From NCBI GenBank assembly GCA_003650925.1, contig QMSP01000007.1, forward strand, positions 475-64,474: 64,000 bases of DNA, read 5' to 3'. Shown piece by piece: positions 1 to 9,530 of the stretch; the stretch's first letter is position 1, and each line of letters begins with the position of its first letter. The notes beneath the pieces are model-generated. The model was not told the DNA's origin. It searched no databases and saw only the letters and a list, made by a program, of their open reading frames with translations. The position numbers and the translations under genes were made by a program. This stretch comes from Thermoprotei archaeon (GTDB lineage Archaea; Thermoproteota; Thermoprotei; QMSL01).

Positions 1-743
1 TCAATATGTCATGTCTATGAGGCACGGTAGGGAACGATGCGAGATATGCTCTAGTGAAGTAGGCAGACGACTTCGCGAGCTTCCTAAGGTTCGGAACCTT
101 CACAGGCTTTCCTCTTGCAGTGAACGTACCTTCTAGGCAATCGTACCTGAAGGTATCTGAGATTATTAGTATGAAGTTTATGCCCTTTCTGCTCATGCTC
201 CCACGACATCACTGCTCCGTAGATTTTAGAGTTGAAGTGACCAATATAAAGCCCTTGAAATTCAAGAAACCTCACTTCGCTATCCTGCCCTATACCAGCT
301 AATTCAAAAGAGTCTAATAATTGAAGTCGAGGGAAGACTCTAAGTTTACCAACCTGGGAGGACAGGCCTATGGAGGCCTTTAAGGAATGTGTAGAGGAGC
401 TGAGGAAAGTTAAGGAGAGGATGAGACAAGGCTAGATGAACTAGCAAGGAGTTCCTCTCGGGAAGAAGTTCGACATATGAGAACACTTACTGGTGTAAAT
501 TTGCTCACATATATTAATGTCACGGCAGGATATTACATGAGAGAGTACGTATCTAAACTCGCTGTCAGAGTACGGAGCATATGCTGATGTGCTTGATGAG
601 CTCTTGTACACACTAAGATAGCACATGTTCTCATTACGCTATAGGACGCGAAGCCGTCGAATGCTTTTCATGTGGTGACGATGAAGAGCCATCGAAAAGC
701 TGGTAGGACAAAATCAAGGCATAAAAATTTGGATTAATGGTCG

Positions 744-1706
744 CTACCTCAAGATGGAGAAGGCCATTCTTCGATATGTATGCCTCCTACCTTTGATAGC
801 TATCGAGAGGGCCATTATGTTCTCAGGTGGAACCATCTGTTCTGTGAATCCTGAATCTCCAAGCTCGATTATGTCTGCGCCGGCCATCTTGGCGTAGATT
901 CCTATCCTCTGTATTATCTCAACATTTGATCCCTCTTGGGAGGTATGAATTCCAAGCGATGCCAGGACTCCATGGTCATGGATAAGCTTAACTAGATGAC
1001 TTGCATGTTGTATTGTCCAGCCAGGATAAGTGCCAGGAGCCGGCAGTCCTATTATATCAACTCCTGTATCAATTATTCTCTTAATCTCCTTTTCAGTTAT
1101 GAGCTCTGTTCCATGAAGAGGAGCACTAAACCCCAGAAGACCTGGACCATGAGGCCTACCAAATTCTATTATGACCTTCTTTCCTACCTCCGATACTATT
1201 TCCTCCACCATGCTATAGCATTCCTCCCCCCATCCTCCAATGTATATTATGTCAGCGCCTAGCTCTGCTGCTATCCTCGCAGTTTCTCTAGTAGCGAATA
1301 TGTTCCCATAGTGTTCAATAAGAGACTCTCGCATGTCCTCAGGAGCATATGTAAGCAGGACTCCTACAGGCCTGCCTATCAATTCCCTAATCTCACGCAG
1401 AGTCCATCCTCTTCCAAGCTTTATCTGAACCTTTCTTAGCTCTGGGACCTCATCATCGGCAGGATTCTTGGAGGGGAGGCCTGGAATACACGGATCCTTA
1501 ACATCATAGGTATCAAGGAGCACTATGTCAGCACCAAATGCAGCTACTACCTCTGCATTGGAAACTCCATCCACTAAATTTGGCCCTCTACATCTAGCAC
1601 AGGCCATCACAACCCTTCCTTCTGATAGCCTTATAGCCTCCAGAAGCTCTTTCTTACTCATTGCGAGAATCTCCTTAGGAGAGGCTGTTAACAGGCGCTT
1701 TCTCAT
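744..1706 (-). CDS. Uncharacterised TIM-barrel protein of the family found beside Firmicutes cellobiose-type PTS loci (DUF7916-like)
   Basis: N-term MRKRLL..S..EL..AIR.SEGRV, NAE..AAFGADI.LL, and C-term PENIMALSIAIKGRRHTYRRMA, recalled as typical of this family. Confidence 0.7.
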   Translation of the reverse strand: MRKRLLTASPKEILAMSKKELLEAIRLSEGRVVMACARCRGPNLVDGVSNAEVVAAFGADIVLLDTYDVKDPCIPGLPSKNPADDEVPELRKVQIKLGRGWTLREIRELIGRPVGVLLTYAPEDMRESLIEHYGNIFATRETARIAAELGADIIYIGGWGEECYSMVEEIVSEVGKKVIIEFGRPHGPGLLGFSAPLHGTELITEKEIKRIIDTGVDIIGLPAPGTYPGWTIQHASHLVKLIHDHGVLASLGIHTSQEGSNVEIIQRIGIYAKMAGADIIELGDSGFTEQMVPPENIMALSIAIKGRRHTYRRMAFSILR

Positions 1707-1757
1707 ACGCCTTCACCTCGATATCATTATTGAGGAAGTACCTAAAAACGTTTCTAA

Positions 1758-2075
1758 TCAGCTTTGACTCATTATCAGCCGCATGATCTTATTTGCTAAG
1801 TCACGCTCCACGATCGCTATCATTAAGATATCAAGTGCATGAGTGAGTAGAAGGGTTATTAGAACTCTCTCCCCTTTAGCCTCTTTAGATAGCAAATGGT
1901 GAGTTATCCTATTAGCATTTATTATATATTCATTCGCCTCCTCCATGAGCTTCTTAGCTTTTTCAAAGTCTTTTTTAATACATGCCTCTAGTGCTTCGTG
2001 CACTTTACCTCTGGCCTCTCCCGCGTTTGCTATGATCTGCATGGCTATTTCAGCTACCTCCTCTCTCTCATTCAT
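1758..2075 (-). CDS. PTS lactose/cellobiose-family IIA component
   Basis: QIIANAGEAR motif and ITLLLTHALD (canonical LLMVHAQD) with the phosphoacceptor His; ATG at 2075 preceded by GGGGG. Confidence 0.9.
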   Translation of the reverse strand: MNEREEVAEIAMQIIANAGEARGKVHEALEACIKKDFEKAKKLMEEANEYIINANRITHHLLSKEAKGERVLITLLLTHALDILMIAIVERDLANKIMRLIMSQS

Positions 2076-2202
2076 TAAGACCCCCACCTTCTACGATAGT
2101 GTAACTTGGTGTATTTATCTCTGTTACCCCTTACGAGTACATCAACAGCTGGAAATTTTCACTCGGGGACAAAGAGTCTAGCATTCGCAAGAGTTTTGTC
2201 CA

Positions 2203-2214
2203 TAAAAGTATAAA
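2203..2214 (+). promoter_or_regulatory. Archaeal BRE/TATA promoter of the IIB-IIC unit (TAAAAGTATAAA)
   Basis: The same 12-mer recurs at 3915-3926 upstream of the SIS gene. Confidence 0.55.
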
Positions 2215-2267
2215 AGCCCATTCTTGAAATAAGCTACTGAGAGGAGCTGAAGTAGCAGGTGACGATA

Positions 2268-2588
2268 ATGAAGAGGAAGTACAGAATACTGGCAGCATGT
2301 GCATTAGGAGGCTCTATAAGCTTCTTCACCCAGAGGCTTATAGAGGCCGCTAGGAAAAGAGGCATCGAACTAGAAATAGACATCATGACTATAGACCAGG
2401 TACATCATGCTGACCTTAGCAGCTACGACCTTATCCTGGTAGCACCACAGGTACAGTTTCACATAGATGCTATAAAGGAGAGAGCGAAGAATGTGCCTAT
2501 AGTTCCCATAGATAGGTTAACATATGCTCTTGCAGATGGTGAAGGTGCTCTCGAAAAGCTGGTATTGCCTGTCTTAAAGAAGGAATGA
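2268..2588 (+). CDS. PTS lactose/cellobiose-family IIB component
   Basis: ILAACALGGSIS (CxxGxS phospho-Cys loop), DLILVAPQV, Y...DGE; GGTGA SD before ATG 2268. Confidence 0.9.
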   Translation: MKRKYRILAACALGGSISFFTQRLIEAARKRGIELEIDIMTIDQVHHADLSSYDLILVAPQVQFHIDAIKERAKNVPIVPIDRLTYALADGEGALEKLVLPVLKKE

Positions 2589-2636
2589 AAGATTAAATAG
2601 TATTTCTTCATGATTAATATAAGGCGGGGGATTTGA

Positions 2637-3899
2637 ATGTCAGCTAAGGGAGTATGGGATAAGTACATGGGGTGGATGGAAAGAGCACTAGTGCCCCTCT
2701 TCATCAAGGTTGGCTCTCAAAGGCATATGGTTGTGCTTCGCGAGTCCTTCCTGTCAATAATCTCCCTGATACTAGTGGGCTCGATATTCCTTATCATACC
2801 AAATCTTCCAGGACTAGCAGAAGTCTTAGCGCCATATAAGCACTACTTCGACATGCCCTTCCAGATAACCTTCGGCATGCTGGCTGTCTATCTCTCATTC
2901 CTGATAGCCTACAACCTGGCTGGAACCTATAAGGTAGACCAGGTAATGGCTGGCCTGACCTCCTTAATGGCCTTTCTATTAGCAGCCTATGCTGTAACTA
3001 CAGTTAATGGCGTTCTGTACATGTCACTGGAGTGGCTAGGTACTTGGGGCATATTCGGTGCAATAGTCATAGCATTCTATGCAACGGAAGTCTACAGGAT
3101 ATTCATACAAAAAGGCTGGTACTTCAAGCCACCTCCAGGAGTACCTCCTGGCGTAGCAAGATTCATTCAAGCAACGCTTCCTCAGCTAGCTATACTGATC
3201 CCCATATGGGCGTTGGTATCTCTAGGCGTTAAGATACCCTCAATTATCACAGACGCCATGAAGCCTTTCGTAATTGTAGCGGACACATACCCTGCATATA
3301 CGCTGATGCTATTCATCGAGCACCTAACATGGTATGTTGGAGTACACTCATGGTCACTGATAGGGCCAATATACTTCCCCTTCCTCATCTCCAACCAGGC
3401 AGCTAATGCTGAGGCTGTAGCTAAGGGATTAGTGCCAGCATTTATAGCTACCTTTAATGCATACTTCGGCGGTGCAGCAGGAGGAACAGGCAGCCACTTC
3501 CCACTAGTTCTCTTTGGTCTAAGGTCAAAGTCGAAGACTATAAGGACAGTGTCGAGAGCTGGATTCATACCTGTACTACTGAATATAAATGAGCCTGTCC
3601 TCTTCGGATTCCCAGTGATACTTAACCCCATCTACTTCATCCCACACTGCATTCTGGCTCCTCTGATCAGAAGCCTTACATATGTGCTAACAGCACAAGG
3701 ACTAGTCAGCCCTTGCTACATAATCTTCTTCGCCTTCGTCCCCAATCCCTTCCTATGGTACTTTGGCAACCTAGATCCACGAACTTTCATATGGGGCCCA
3801 ATAGTAGGCTATGTCCTGCCAGCACTTGCATACTATCCATTCTTCAAGGTACATGAGAAGGCCATGATAATGCTTGAACAGCAGCAGAAGAGTACGTAG
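2637..3899 (+). CDS. PTS lactose/cellobiose/chitobiose-family IIC permease
   Basis: Polytopic membrane protein with PPGVPPGVAR, WYVGVH, GGTG and NINEPVLFGFPVILNP signatures of CelB/ChbC. Confidence 0.93.
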   Translation: MSAKGVWDKYMGWMERALVPLFIKVGSQRHMVVLRESFLSIISLILVGSIFLIIPNLPGLAEVLAPYKHYFDMPFQITFGMLAVYLSFLIAYNLAGTYKVDQVMAGLTSLMAFLLAAYAVTTVNGVLYMSLEWLGTWGIFGAIVIAFYATEVYRIFIQKGWYFKPPPGVPPGVARFIQATLPQLAILIPIWALVSLGVKIPSIITDAMKPFVIVADTYPAYTLMLFIEHLTWYVGVHSWSLIGPIYFPFLISNQAANAEAVAKGLVPAFIATFNAYFGGAAGGTGSHFPLVLFGLRSKSKTIRTVSRAGFIPVLLNINEPVLFGFPVILNPIYFIPHCILAPLIRSLTYVLTAQGLVSPCYIIFFAFVPNPFLWYFGNLDPRTFIWGPIVGYVLPALAYYPFFKVHEKAMIMLEQQQKST

Positions 3900-3914
3900 C
3901 ATGCATCGCGGGCT

Positions 3915-3926
3915 TAAAAGTATAAA
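3915..3926 (+). promoter_or_regulatory. BRE/TATA promoter of the SIS gene
   Basis: TAAAAGTATAAA, identical to 2203-2214. Confidence 0.5.
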
Positions 3927-3969
3927 TCCTCTTGTTTAACATTTTTAACAAAACGAAGGGTGAGAGAAC

Positions 3970-5106
3970 ATGTCTGAATTATTGAGAAGAATTCCAAGGA
4001 GGACAGGACATCCATACCTCGTGTATGACTCCATCACCATGACACGTGCCATCTTAGACGAGATATTGAAGGAGAAGTCATATATAATCCCAATTCAAGA
4101 GGCAGCCAAGGAGATAGTGAAGAGATCTTTAAGTAAGATATACTTCACTGGCTGTGGTACGTCTTTCTATGCTGGCATAGTGGCCACATATGCATTCCAT
4201 AAGATCGCCAGGGTTCCCTCGGAGGCAGTTACAGCTTTTGAAGTATACAACTATCCTCCACCAGACCTGGGCAACAGCTGTCTTGTCCTAATTTCCCACT
4301 CTGGCCATACCAAGGTGGACATAGACCTTGCAGGCCTTGCCAAAAAGATGGGTGCATACACTATTGCGATAACTGATGTGCCTGACTCTCCATTAGCGAG
4401 AAGTGTTGATAAGGTGGTCTCAGGCCCTGGTGGGAGAGATCCTGCAATACCTAAGACGAGAAGTTATATCGCATCGCTTCTAAGATGTATACTCCTCGCA
4501 TTATATGTTGGAGATGAGAAAGGATATGATGTAAGTGAGTATCTCGCTCAAGTAAAGCGAATACCCGACTTAATAAGCTCGACACTAAAAGCGACTGAGG
4601 AGAAAGCAAGAGAGATAGCGAGGAAGTATAAGGATAAGTTTGATTTCTTCGTCGTAGGAGGAGGTCCAAACTACGCAACAGCATTAGAAGGTGCTCTCAA
4701 GTTAAAAGAGATGAGCTATATCAATGCTGAGGCCATTGAAGCTGAGGAAGCTGCACATGGGCCTTGGCTTTGCTTCAATGAGAACATGGTCTTCATAACC
4801 ATAGCGCCTCCAGGCCCAAGCTATGAGAGACTTCATAGCCTAGTAAGAGGAGTGAAAGCCATAGGCGTCTCAACGATCTCCATAGTCAGAGAGGGTGATG
4901 AGAGAATATCCAAGGATTCAGATGATGTTATAGAGATAAAGGAGAACTTAAGTGAAGACCTCACTCCCCTGGTATACATCATGCCGCTCTATCTAGTGTC
5001 CTACTACTTGGCTGTTGAGAAAGGTGTAAACCCCGATATCGCCAGAAGTGATGATGAGAGGTTCAGAAAAGCATTTGAGATAATATTCCCGCCAGGGACT
5101 CACTGA
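3970..5106 (+). CDS. Double-SIS-domain sugar-phosphate isomerase/deaminase/deglycase (GlmS C-terminal/GlmD/FrlB-like)
   Basis: GCGTSFYAG, ISHSGHT, EGALKLKE, EEAAHGP, KGVNPD; no glutaminase domain. Confidence 0.85.
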   Translation: MSELLRRIPRRTGHPYLVYDSITMTRAILDEILKEKSYIIPIQEAAKEIVKRSLSKIYFTGCGTSFYAGIVATYAFHKIARVPSEAVTAFEVYNYPPPDLGNSCLVLISHSGHTKVDIDLAGLAKKMGAYTIAITDVPDSPLARSVDKVVSGPGGRDPAIPKTRSYIASLLRCILLALYVGDEKGYDVSEYLAQVKRIPDLISSTLKATEEKAREIARKYKDKFDFFVVGGGPNYATALEGALKLKEMSYINAEAIEAEEAAHGPWLCFNENMVFITIAPPGPSYERLHSLVRGVKAIGVSTISIVREGDERISKDSDDVIEIKENLSEDLTPLVYIMPLYLVSYYLAVEKGVNPDIARSDDERFRKAFEIIFPPGTH

Positions 5107-5151
5107 CCCTCTTAGTTCAAATGCTCTTTTTCATTCATCTATTAGCTGTTT

Positions 5152-5439
5152 TTAGCTATCGCGGCTAAGTCTTTTTATAGTGTCTACTAGCTCCTTTATG
5201 GCTACCTCTGCGTCCTCTCCTTCAGCTATTATCTTGATAAGATCACCGTAGCATACATCTAATGCCAATATTTCTAATAGATTTTTTGCATTTGCCCTTC
5301 TGCCAAGTTTCTCAACCAGAATGTTGGATTTAAACTTCCTGGCTGTTTGCACAAATACAACGGCTGGCCTTGCATGAAGCCCTACCTTATTCATTACTTG
5401 GACTGTTGCTTCACATACCCCCATAGCTACACACCCCAC
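5152..5439 (-). CDS. ptsH: PTS phosphocarrier HPr
   Basis: GLHARPA with His15 equivalent; the Ser46 position appears to be Asn (ANAKNLL). Confidence 0.93.
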   Translation of the reverse strand: MGCVAMGVCEATVQVMNKVGLHARPAVVFVQTARKFKSNILVEKLGRRANAKNLLEILALDVCYGDLIKIIAEGEDAEVAIKELVDTIKRLSRDS

Positions 5440-5447
5440 ATTGTGTT

Positions 5448-6131
5448 CTAGACTATGAATATCCTATTAGGCAACTCACTAAGGCTAGATACTACTAGTT
5501 TAGCGCCTGCCGCTAATAGCTCTTCCTCAGTAAAGAAGCCTGTTGCAATGCCTATTGGAATGACTCTCGCTCTTTTCGCTGCCTCAATATCCACTAAGCT
5601 GTCACCAATGAATACTGCCTCTTTTACGTTACATTTGAGCTCTTTTAAACAATTAAGAATATGATCGGGATATGGTTTTGGTCTACCAGGTGAATCTCTT
5701 GAGAAGTAGATGTCTATATAATGGTATATGCCTGTTCTTCTCAAAGCCTCATACACTACCTTCTCACCATTAAGGCTTACGACACCTATCTTGATACCTT
5801 TTCTTTTGAAGTATCTAAGAACATCTAGACATCCTGGCATGAGCCTGACCTTGTCCAATGCCTTTAATTCATGCATTGACAAGACGTTAGATGCCTCTCT
5901 CTGAATTGCTATCACCCTATCATCTGGAAACATCCTAGCCAATTCGTTATACATCTCGGCAAATAAGCGCCCAGGGTCTGTATATCGTATGAGGATTTTA
6001 GCCGATATTCCGTGTTTCAAATAGACCTTAACCATGTCTTGCCTACCCTTAAGCCAGTCGACGTAGTCGCCTACTTCAATAAGCGTCTTATCAAGGTCAA
6101 ACAGTATGGCTTTGACCTTCATGCTCCTCAC
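5448..6131 (-). CDS. HAD-superfamily phosphatase
   Basis: FDLDKTL, KPYP and IGDSLVDI motifs. Confidence 0.88.
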   Translation of the reverse strand: MRSMKVKAILFDLDKTLIEVGDYVDWLKGRQDMVKVYLKHGISAKILIRYTDPGRLFAEMYNELARMFPDDRVIAIQREASNVLSMHELKALDKVRLMPGCLDVLRYFKRKGIKIGVVSLNGEKVVYEALRRTGIYHYIDIYFSRDSPGRPKPYPDHILNCLKELKCNVKEAVFIGDSLVDIEAAKRARVIPIGIATGFFTEEELLAAGAKLVVSSLSELPNRIFIV

Positions 6132-6157
6132 ACATCTACTCTTGATAGGACTCGGTC

Positions 6158-7888
6158 TTAATATAATCCTAGGCTTGTTAAAAGTTTTCTAGAGAGCCCT
6201 CTTACATCGCTAGCTCTTTTCATCGTAAGAGCTTTTCTCGCAAGCTCCTTGGCATCTTTCAGATGTAGCGACCGAATAACACCCTTTACCACTGGTATGA
6301 AAGGTGGAGCAACACTAAGCTCATCAACTCCTAGTCCAATAAGTATTGGTATTGCCTCAATATCACTCGCCATTTCACCACATACGCTCACCCACTTGCC
6401 CTTTTCATGGGCAACTCTGACTACATGCTCTATAAGCCTTAGAATCGATGGATGTAAATGGTCAAATAGATATGCGACCTCTTCATTTGTCCTATCTACC
6501 GCTAGGGTGTACTGCGTTAAATCATTAGTTCCTATGCTGAAGAAATCTACATAGTCAATAAACATGTCAGCCAGAATGGCAGCAGATGGAGTCTCTATCA
6601 TGATCCCTACATAGTATTTCCCGATGCCTATACCCTCTGACTTGAGCTCCTCAACCACATCCTCCAATACTTTCTTCGCCTCTATCACCTCATCAATGTC
6701 CGATATCATGGGAAACATTATCTTCACGTTGCCCTTAGTCGAGGCCCTAAGTATAGCTCTTAGTTGTCGCCTTAGAACCTCCTTATACCTAAGCATGAGG
6801 CGTGTCCCTCTGAGTCCTAGGAAGGGATTCGCCTCACGAGGAACTTTGATGAAAGGCACGGGTTTATCTCCTCCAACATCAAAGGTGCGTATTATGACGT
6901 CCTTACCCTCGAACAGTTTAACTATGCTAGTCAATTTCTTAAACATATCGTCCTCACTTGGAAGTTCATTTGTATTCATGATCAAGAACTCGGTTCTAAG
7001 AAGGCCAATGCCATCAGCCCCGTTCTCTATGGCAAGATAGGCTTCATCAGGATTTCCCACATTAGCACAGACCTTGAACACTACATTATCTTTAGTTGTA
7101 GCCGGCATCTTACATGCTTCTTTGAAAGCCTTAAATCTTAGCTCATATCGTCTCATTCTCTCCCTGTACTGCTCAAGAACTTCATCACTAGGATTTATGA
7201 TCACATCTCCTGTGTATCCGTCAACAATTACCACATCATTATTACGAATGTGCTTGGTAGCATCCTTTATGGCTACTACTGCTGGAACACCCAGCGTCCT
7301 CGCTATTATCGATACATGTGACGTTACGCCGCCCCTCTCCGTTACAAAACCAAGTAGGTACCTCTTTTCCAACTTTGCTATATCCGAGGGCAGGAGCTCT
7401 TTGGCTATAACTATAGATGGTTTTGTAAGGACGATATGCGTCTTCTTCTCTAGTAGGAGATTTGATATAAGTTGATTGCCCAGATCTCTCAAGTCCTCAG
7501 CTCTAGCTCGCATGTATATGTTATCCATTCTCTCAAACATCTCAACAAGTTCATCAATCGTTTTCCTAACAGCATCCTCAGCAGAAAGTCCATTTCTCCT
7601 AATGAGGTTCTCTATCTTACTGATGAAGGATGAATCCTCTAACATCAATATGTGTGCATCGAATATAGCAGCTTCCTTGTCTCCAACCTCTCTCATTACT
7701 TTATCCCTTAACATTTTGATCTCCCTCTTGGTCCTCTCAAGAGCCTGAGCGAATCTCGATATTTCCCTTTGGATATCTATTTTGGCCTTAGATTTCACCC
7801 TCCTCCTCTCCTCTTTCTTGAACACGAAGGCTTCAGCTATGGCAATTCCTGGAGATGTTGGCATTCCTTTCAGTTTTATCATGTGCAC
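6158..7888 (-). CDS. ptsI: PTS enzyme I (PEP-protein phosphotransferase)
   Basis: GGVTSHVSIIAR (phospho-His), GLLRTEF, EANPFLGLRG, SIGTNDLTQY, CGEMA. Confidence 0.96.
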   Translation of the reverse strand: MHMIKLKGMPTSPGIAIAEAFVFKKEERRRVKSKAKIDIQREISRFAQALERTKREIKMLRDKVMREVGDKEAAIFDAHILMLEDSSFISKIENLIRRNGLSAEDAVRKTIDELVEMFERMDNIYMRARAEDLRDLGNQLISNLLLEKKTHIVLTKPSIVIAKELLPSDIAKLEKRYLLGFVTERGGVTSHVSIIARTLGVPAVVAIKDATKHIRNNDVVIVDGYTGDVIINPSDEVLEQYRERMRRYELRFKAFKEACKMPATTKDNVVFKVCANVGNPDEAYLAIENGADGIGLLRTEFLIMNTNELPSEDDMFKKLTSIVKLFEGKDVIIRTFDVGGDKPVPFIKVPREANPFLGLRGTRLMLRYKEVLRRQLRAILRASTKGNVKIMFPMISDIDEVIEAKKVLEDVVEELKSEGIGIGKYYVGIMIETPSAAILADMFIDYVDFFSIGTNDLTQYTLAVDRTNEEVAYLFDHLHPSILRLIEHVVRVAHEKGKWVSVCGEMASDIEAIPILIGLGVDELSVAPPFIPVVKGVIRSLHLKDAKELARKALTMKRASDVRGLSRKLLTSLGLY

Positions 7889-8064
7889 GCCTCTCGTGTT
7901 GTAATAGCAGTCTGTAGTTTTATTTCTATTTAAGACTATTGACGTCCCTCATCAGCATTTATCTCAGTTATCATGCCATCTGCGAATACCTAATGGAGTT
8001 ATAGTGAGAATGTAGTTCTCTAGGATACAATCTGAGCTTCAAAAGAGCTTATGTAAACTACATT

Positions 8065-8141
8065 TGGCGGGCCCGCCGGGATTTGAACCCGGGACCACCG
8101 GCTCCGAAGGCCGGCGCTCTTCCTAGCTGAGCTACGGGCCC
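8065..8141 (-). tRNA. tRNA-Arg(UCG), CCA encoded, no intron
   Basis: Reverse complement GGGCCCG-TAGCTCAGCTAGGAAGAGC-G-CCGGC CTTCGGA GCCGG-TGGTC-CCGGGTTCAAATCCCGG-CGGGCCC-GCCA folds as a cloverleaf. Confidence 0.97.
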
Positions 8142-8228
8142 TCTTCAAGATAATAGACTACATCTAGAGGGATAAGCTTTCCTCTGTTCACAGATGGGTT
8201 TTTATTCACATCAGTACGATGTTCATTA

Positions 8229-9530
8229 ATGGGGCTATTGATGCTTAGAGTAGGCGTGGCTAAGGTGGATATAACTCCTCCCATTGGAACTCCCATGGGA
8301 GGCTATGGCTCTAGGGTGGATGTCGCTAGGGGTATTCATGATAGACTTCATGCCAGGGCCATGATACTAAGCGATGGTACTGAGGAGCTGGCTATAGTGT
8401 CCATGGACCTACTATATACTACGAGAGAGATGGTTGAGGAGGCAAGAAGGCTTATAAGAGAATATGTGGGCATTTCAGAGGACCACGTAGCCATTGTCGC
8501 TACACATACTCATTCAGGCCCTGGTCTTGATAATGTGTTTGGACGCCTAGATGAGTACTGTAGGCTACTGCCTCACCATGTGCTCACGAGCATAAGTCTA
8601 GCCCTGGAGAGTATGAGATCGGCTAGATTTGGATGTGGAACTGGATATGTATATGGCCTGACGATAAATAGGAGGGATCCTCTTCATGGACCTCTGGATG
8701 AGCAACTTATAGTTGCTAGATTCGAGGATGAGGAACGAAGGCTTGTAGGCGCCCTTGTGAACTTCACCTGCCATGCTGTAGTACTTGGTCATACAAACCT
8801 ATACATATCTGCTGACTATCCTGGCTATGTATGTGAGGCCATTGAGAACATCGAAAATGGTGTAGTGCTTTTCCTCAACGGAGCCTGTGGCGATATAAAT
8901 CCCTTGGTCCCAAGTACCTTTGTTGAGAAGGAGAAGGTATACGATAGAAGCAAAGGAACCTTTGAGGAGGCCAGGAAGATGGGCTATGCCATAGCAGGTG
9001 AGACGCTTCAAGTAATTAACAAGCTTAGGACAGTGGAGGATGTCAAATTAGTAGCCCTTTCGGCCAAGGTATCGATAAGGAGGGCACCCATTCCTAGCGT
9101 GACAGAGGAGGACATAGAGAGTTTGAGTAGAGAGTTAGAGGAGGCTTTGAGAAAGGAAGATAAGGCGAAAGCTATGGCCATCAAGCACAGCTTGGTATTC
9201 AAGAGATGGCTCCTAGAGGCCAGAAAGATGTTCCCCAAAGGCTATGTAGATGTTGAACTCCAAGTCATCAGAATAGGAGATCTGATCTTAGCTCTTATAC
9301 CTGGAGAGCCTCTGGTCAGGCTTGGACTCAAGCTGAAGTCGCTCTCTCCAGCTAAAGTAACCGCAGTCATAGGATATGCTAACGGCTATGTAGGCTACAT
9401 ACCCACCAAGGAGGACATGAAGGAGGCGGGCTATGAGACCACTCCTCCAGCCTGTATCCTAAGCGAAGAAGCTGAGGACAAGATCATGAATGCTCTACTG
9501 GAGTTGATAGATAGAGCTCTAGAGGTGTGA
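8229..9530 (+). CDS. Neutral/alkaline ceramidase N-terminal-domain family amidohydrolase
   Basis: VDITPP, GIHDRLHARA, ATHTHSGP, NFTCHA, SADYPG, NGACGDINP, GYANGYVGYIPT. Confidence 0.85.
   Translation: MGLLMLRVGVAKVDITPPIGTPMGGYGSRVDVARGIHDRLHARAMILSDGTEELAIVSMDLLYTTREMVEEARRLIREYVGISEDHVAIVATHTHSGPGLDNVFGRLDEYCRLLPHHVLTSISLALESMRSARFGCGTGYVYGLTINRRDPLHGPLDEQLIVARFEDEERRLVGALVNFTCHAVVLGHTNLYISADYPGYVCEAIENIENGVVLFLNGACGDINPLVPSTFVEKEKVYDRSKGTFEEARKMGYAIAGETLQVINKLRTVEDVKLVALSAKVSIRRAPIPSVTEEDIESLSRELEEALRKEDKAKAMAIKHSLVFKRWLLEARKMFPKGYVDVELQVIRIGDLILALIPGEPLVRLGLKLKSLSPAKVTAVIGYANGYVGYIPTKEDMKEAGYETTPPACILSEEAEDKIMNALLELIDRALEV

Noticed and set aside
1-740. Short ORFs of 60-63 aa
   Set aside because: No recognisable motifs; they look like decayed gene fragments and cannot be assigned
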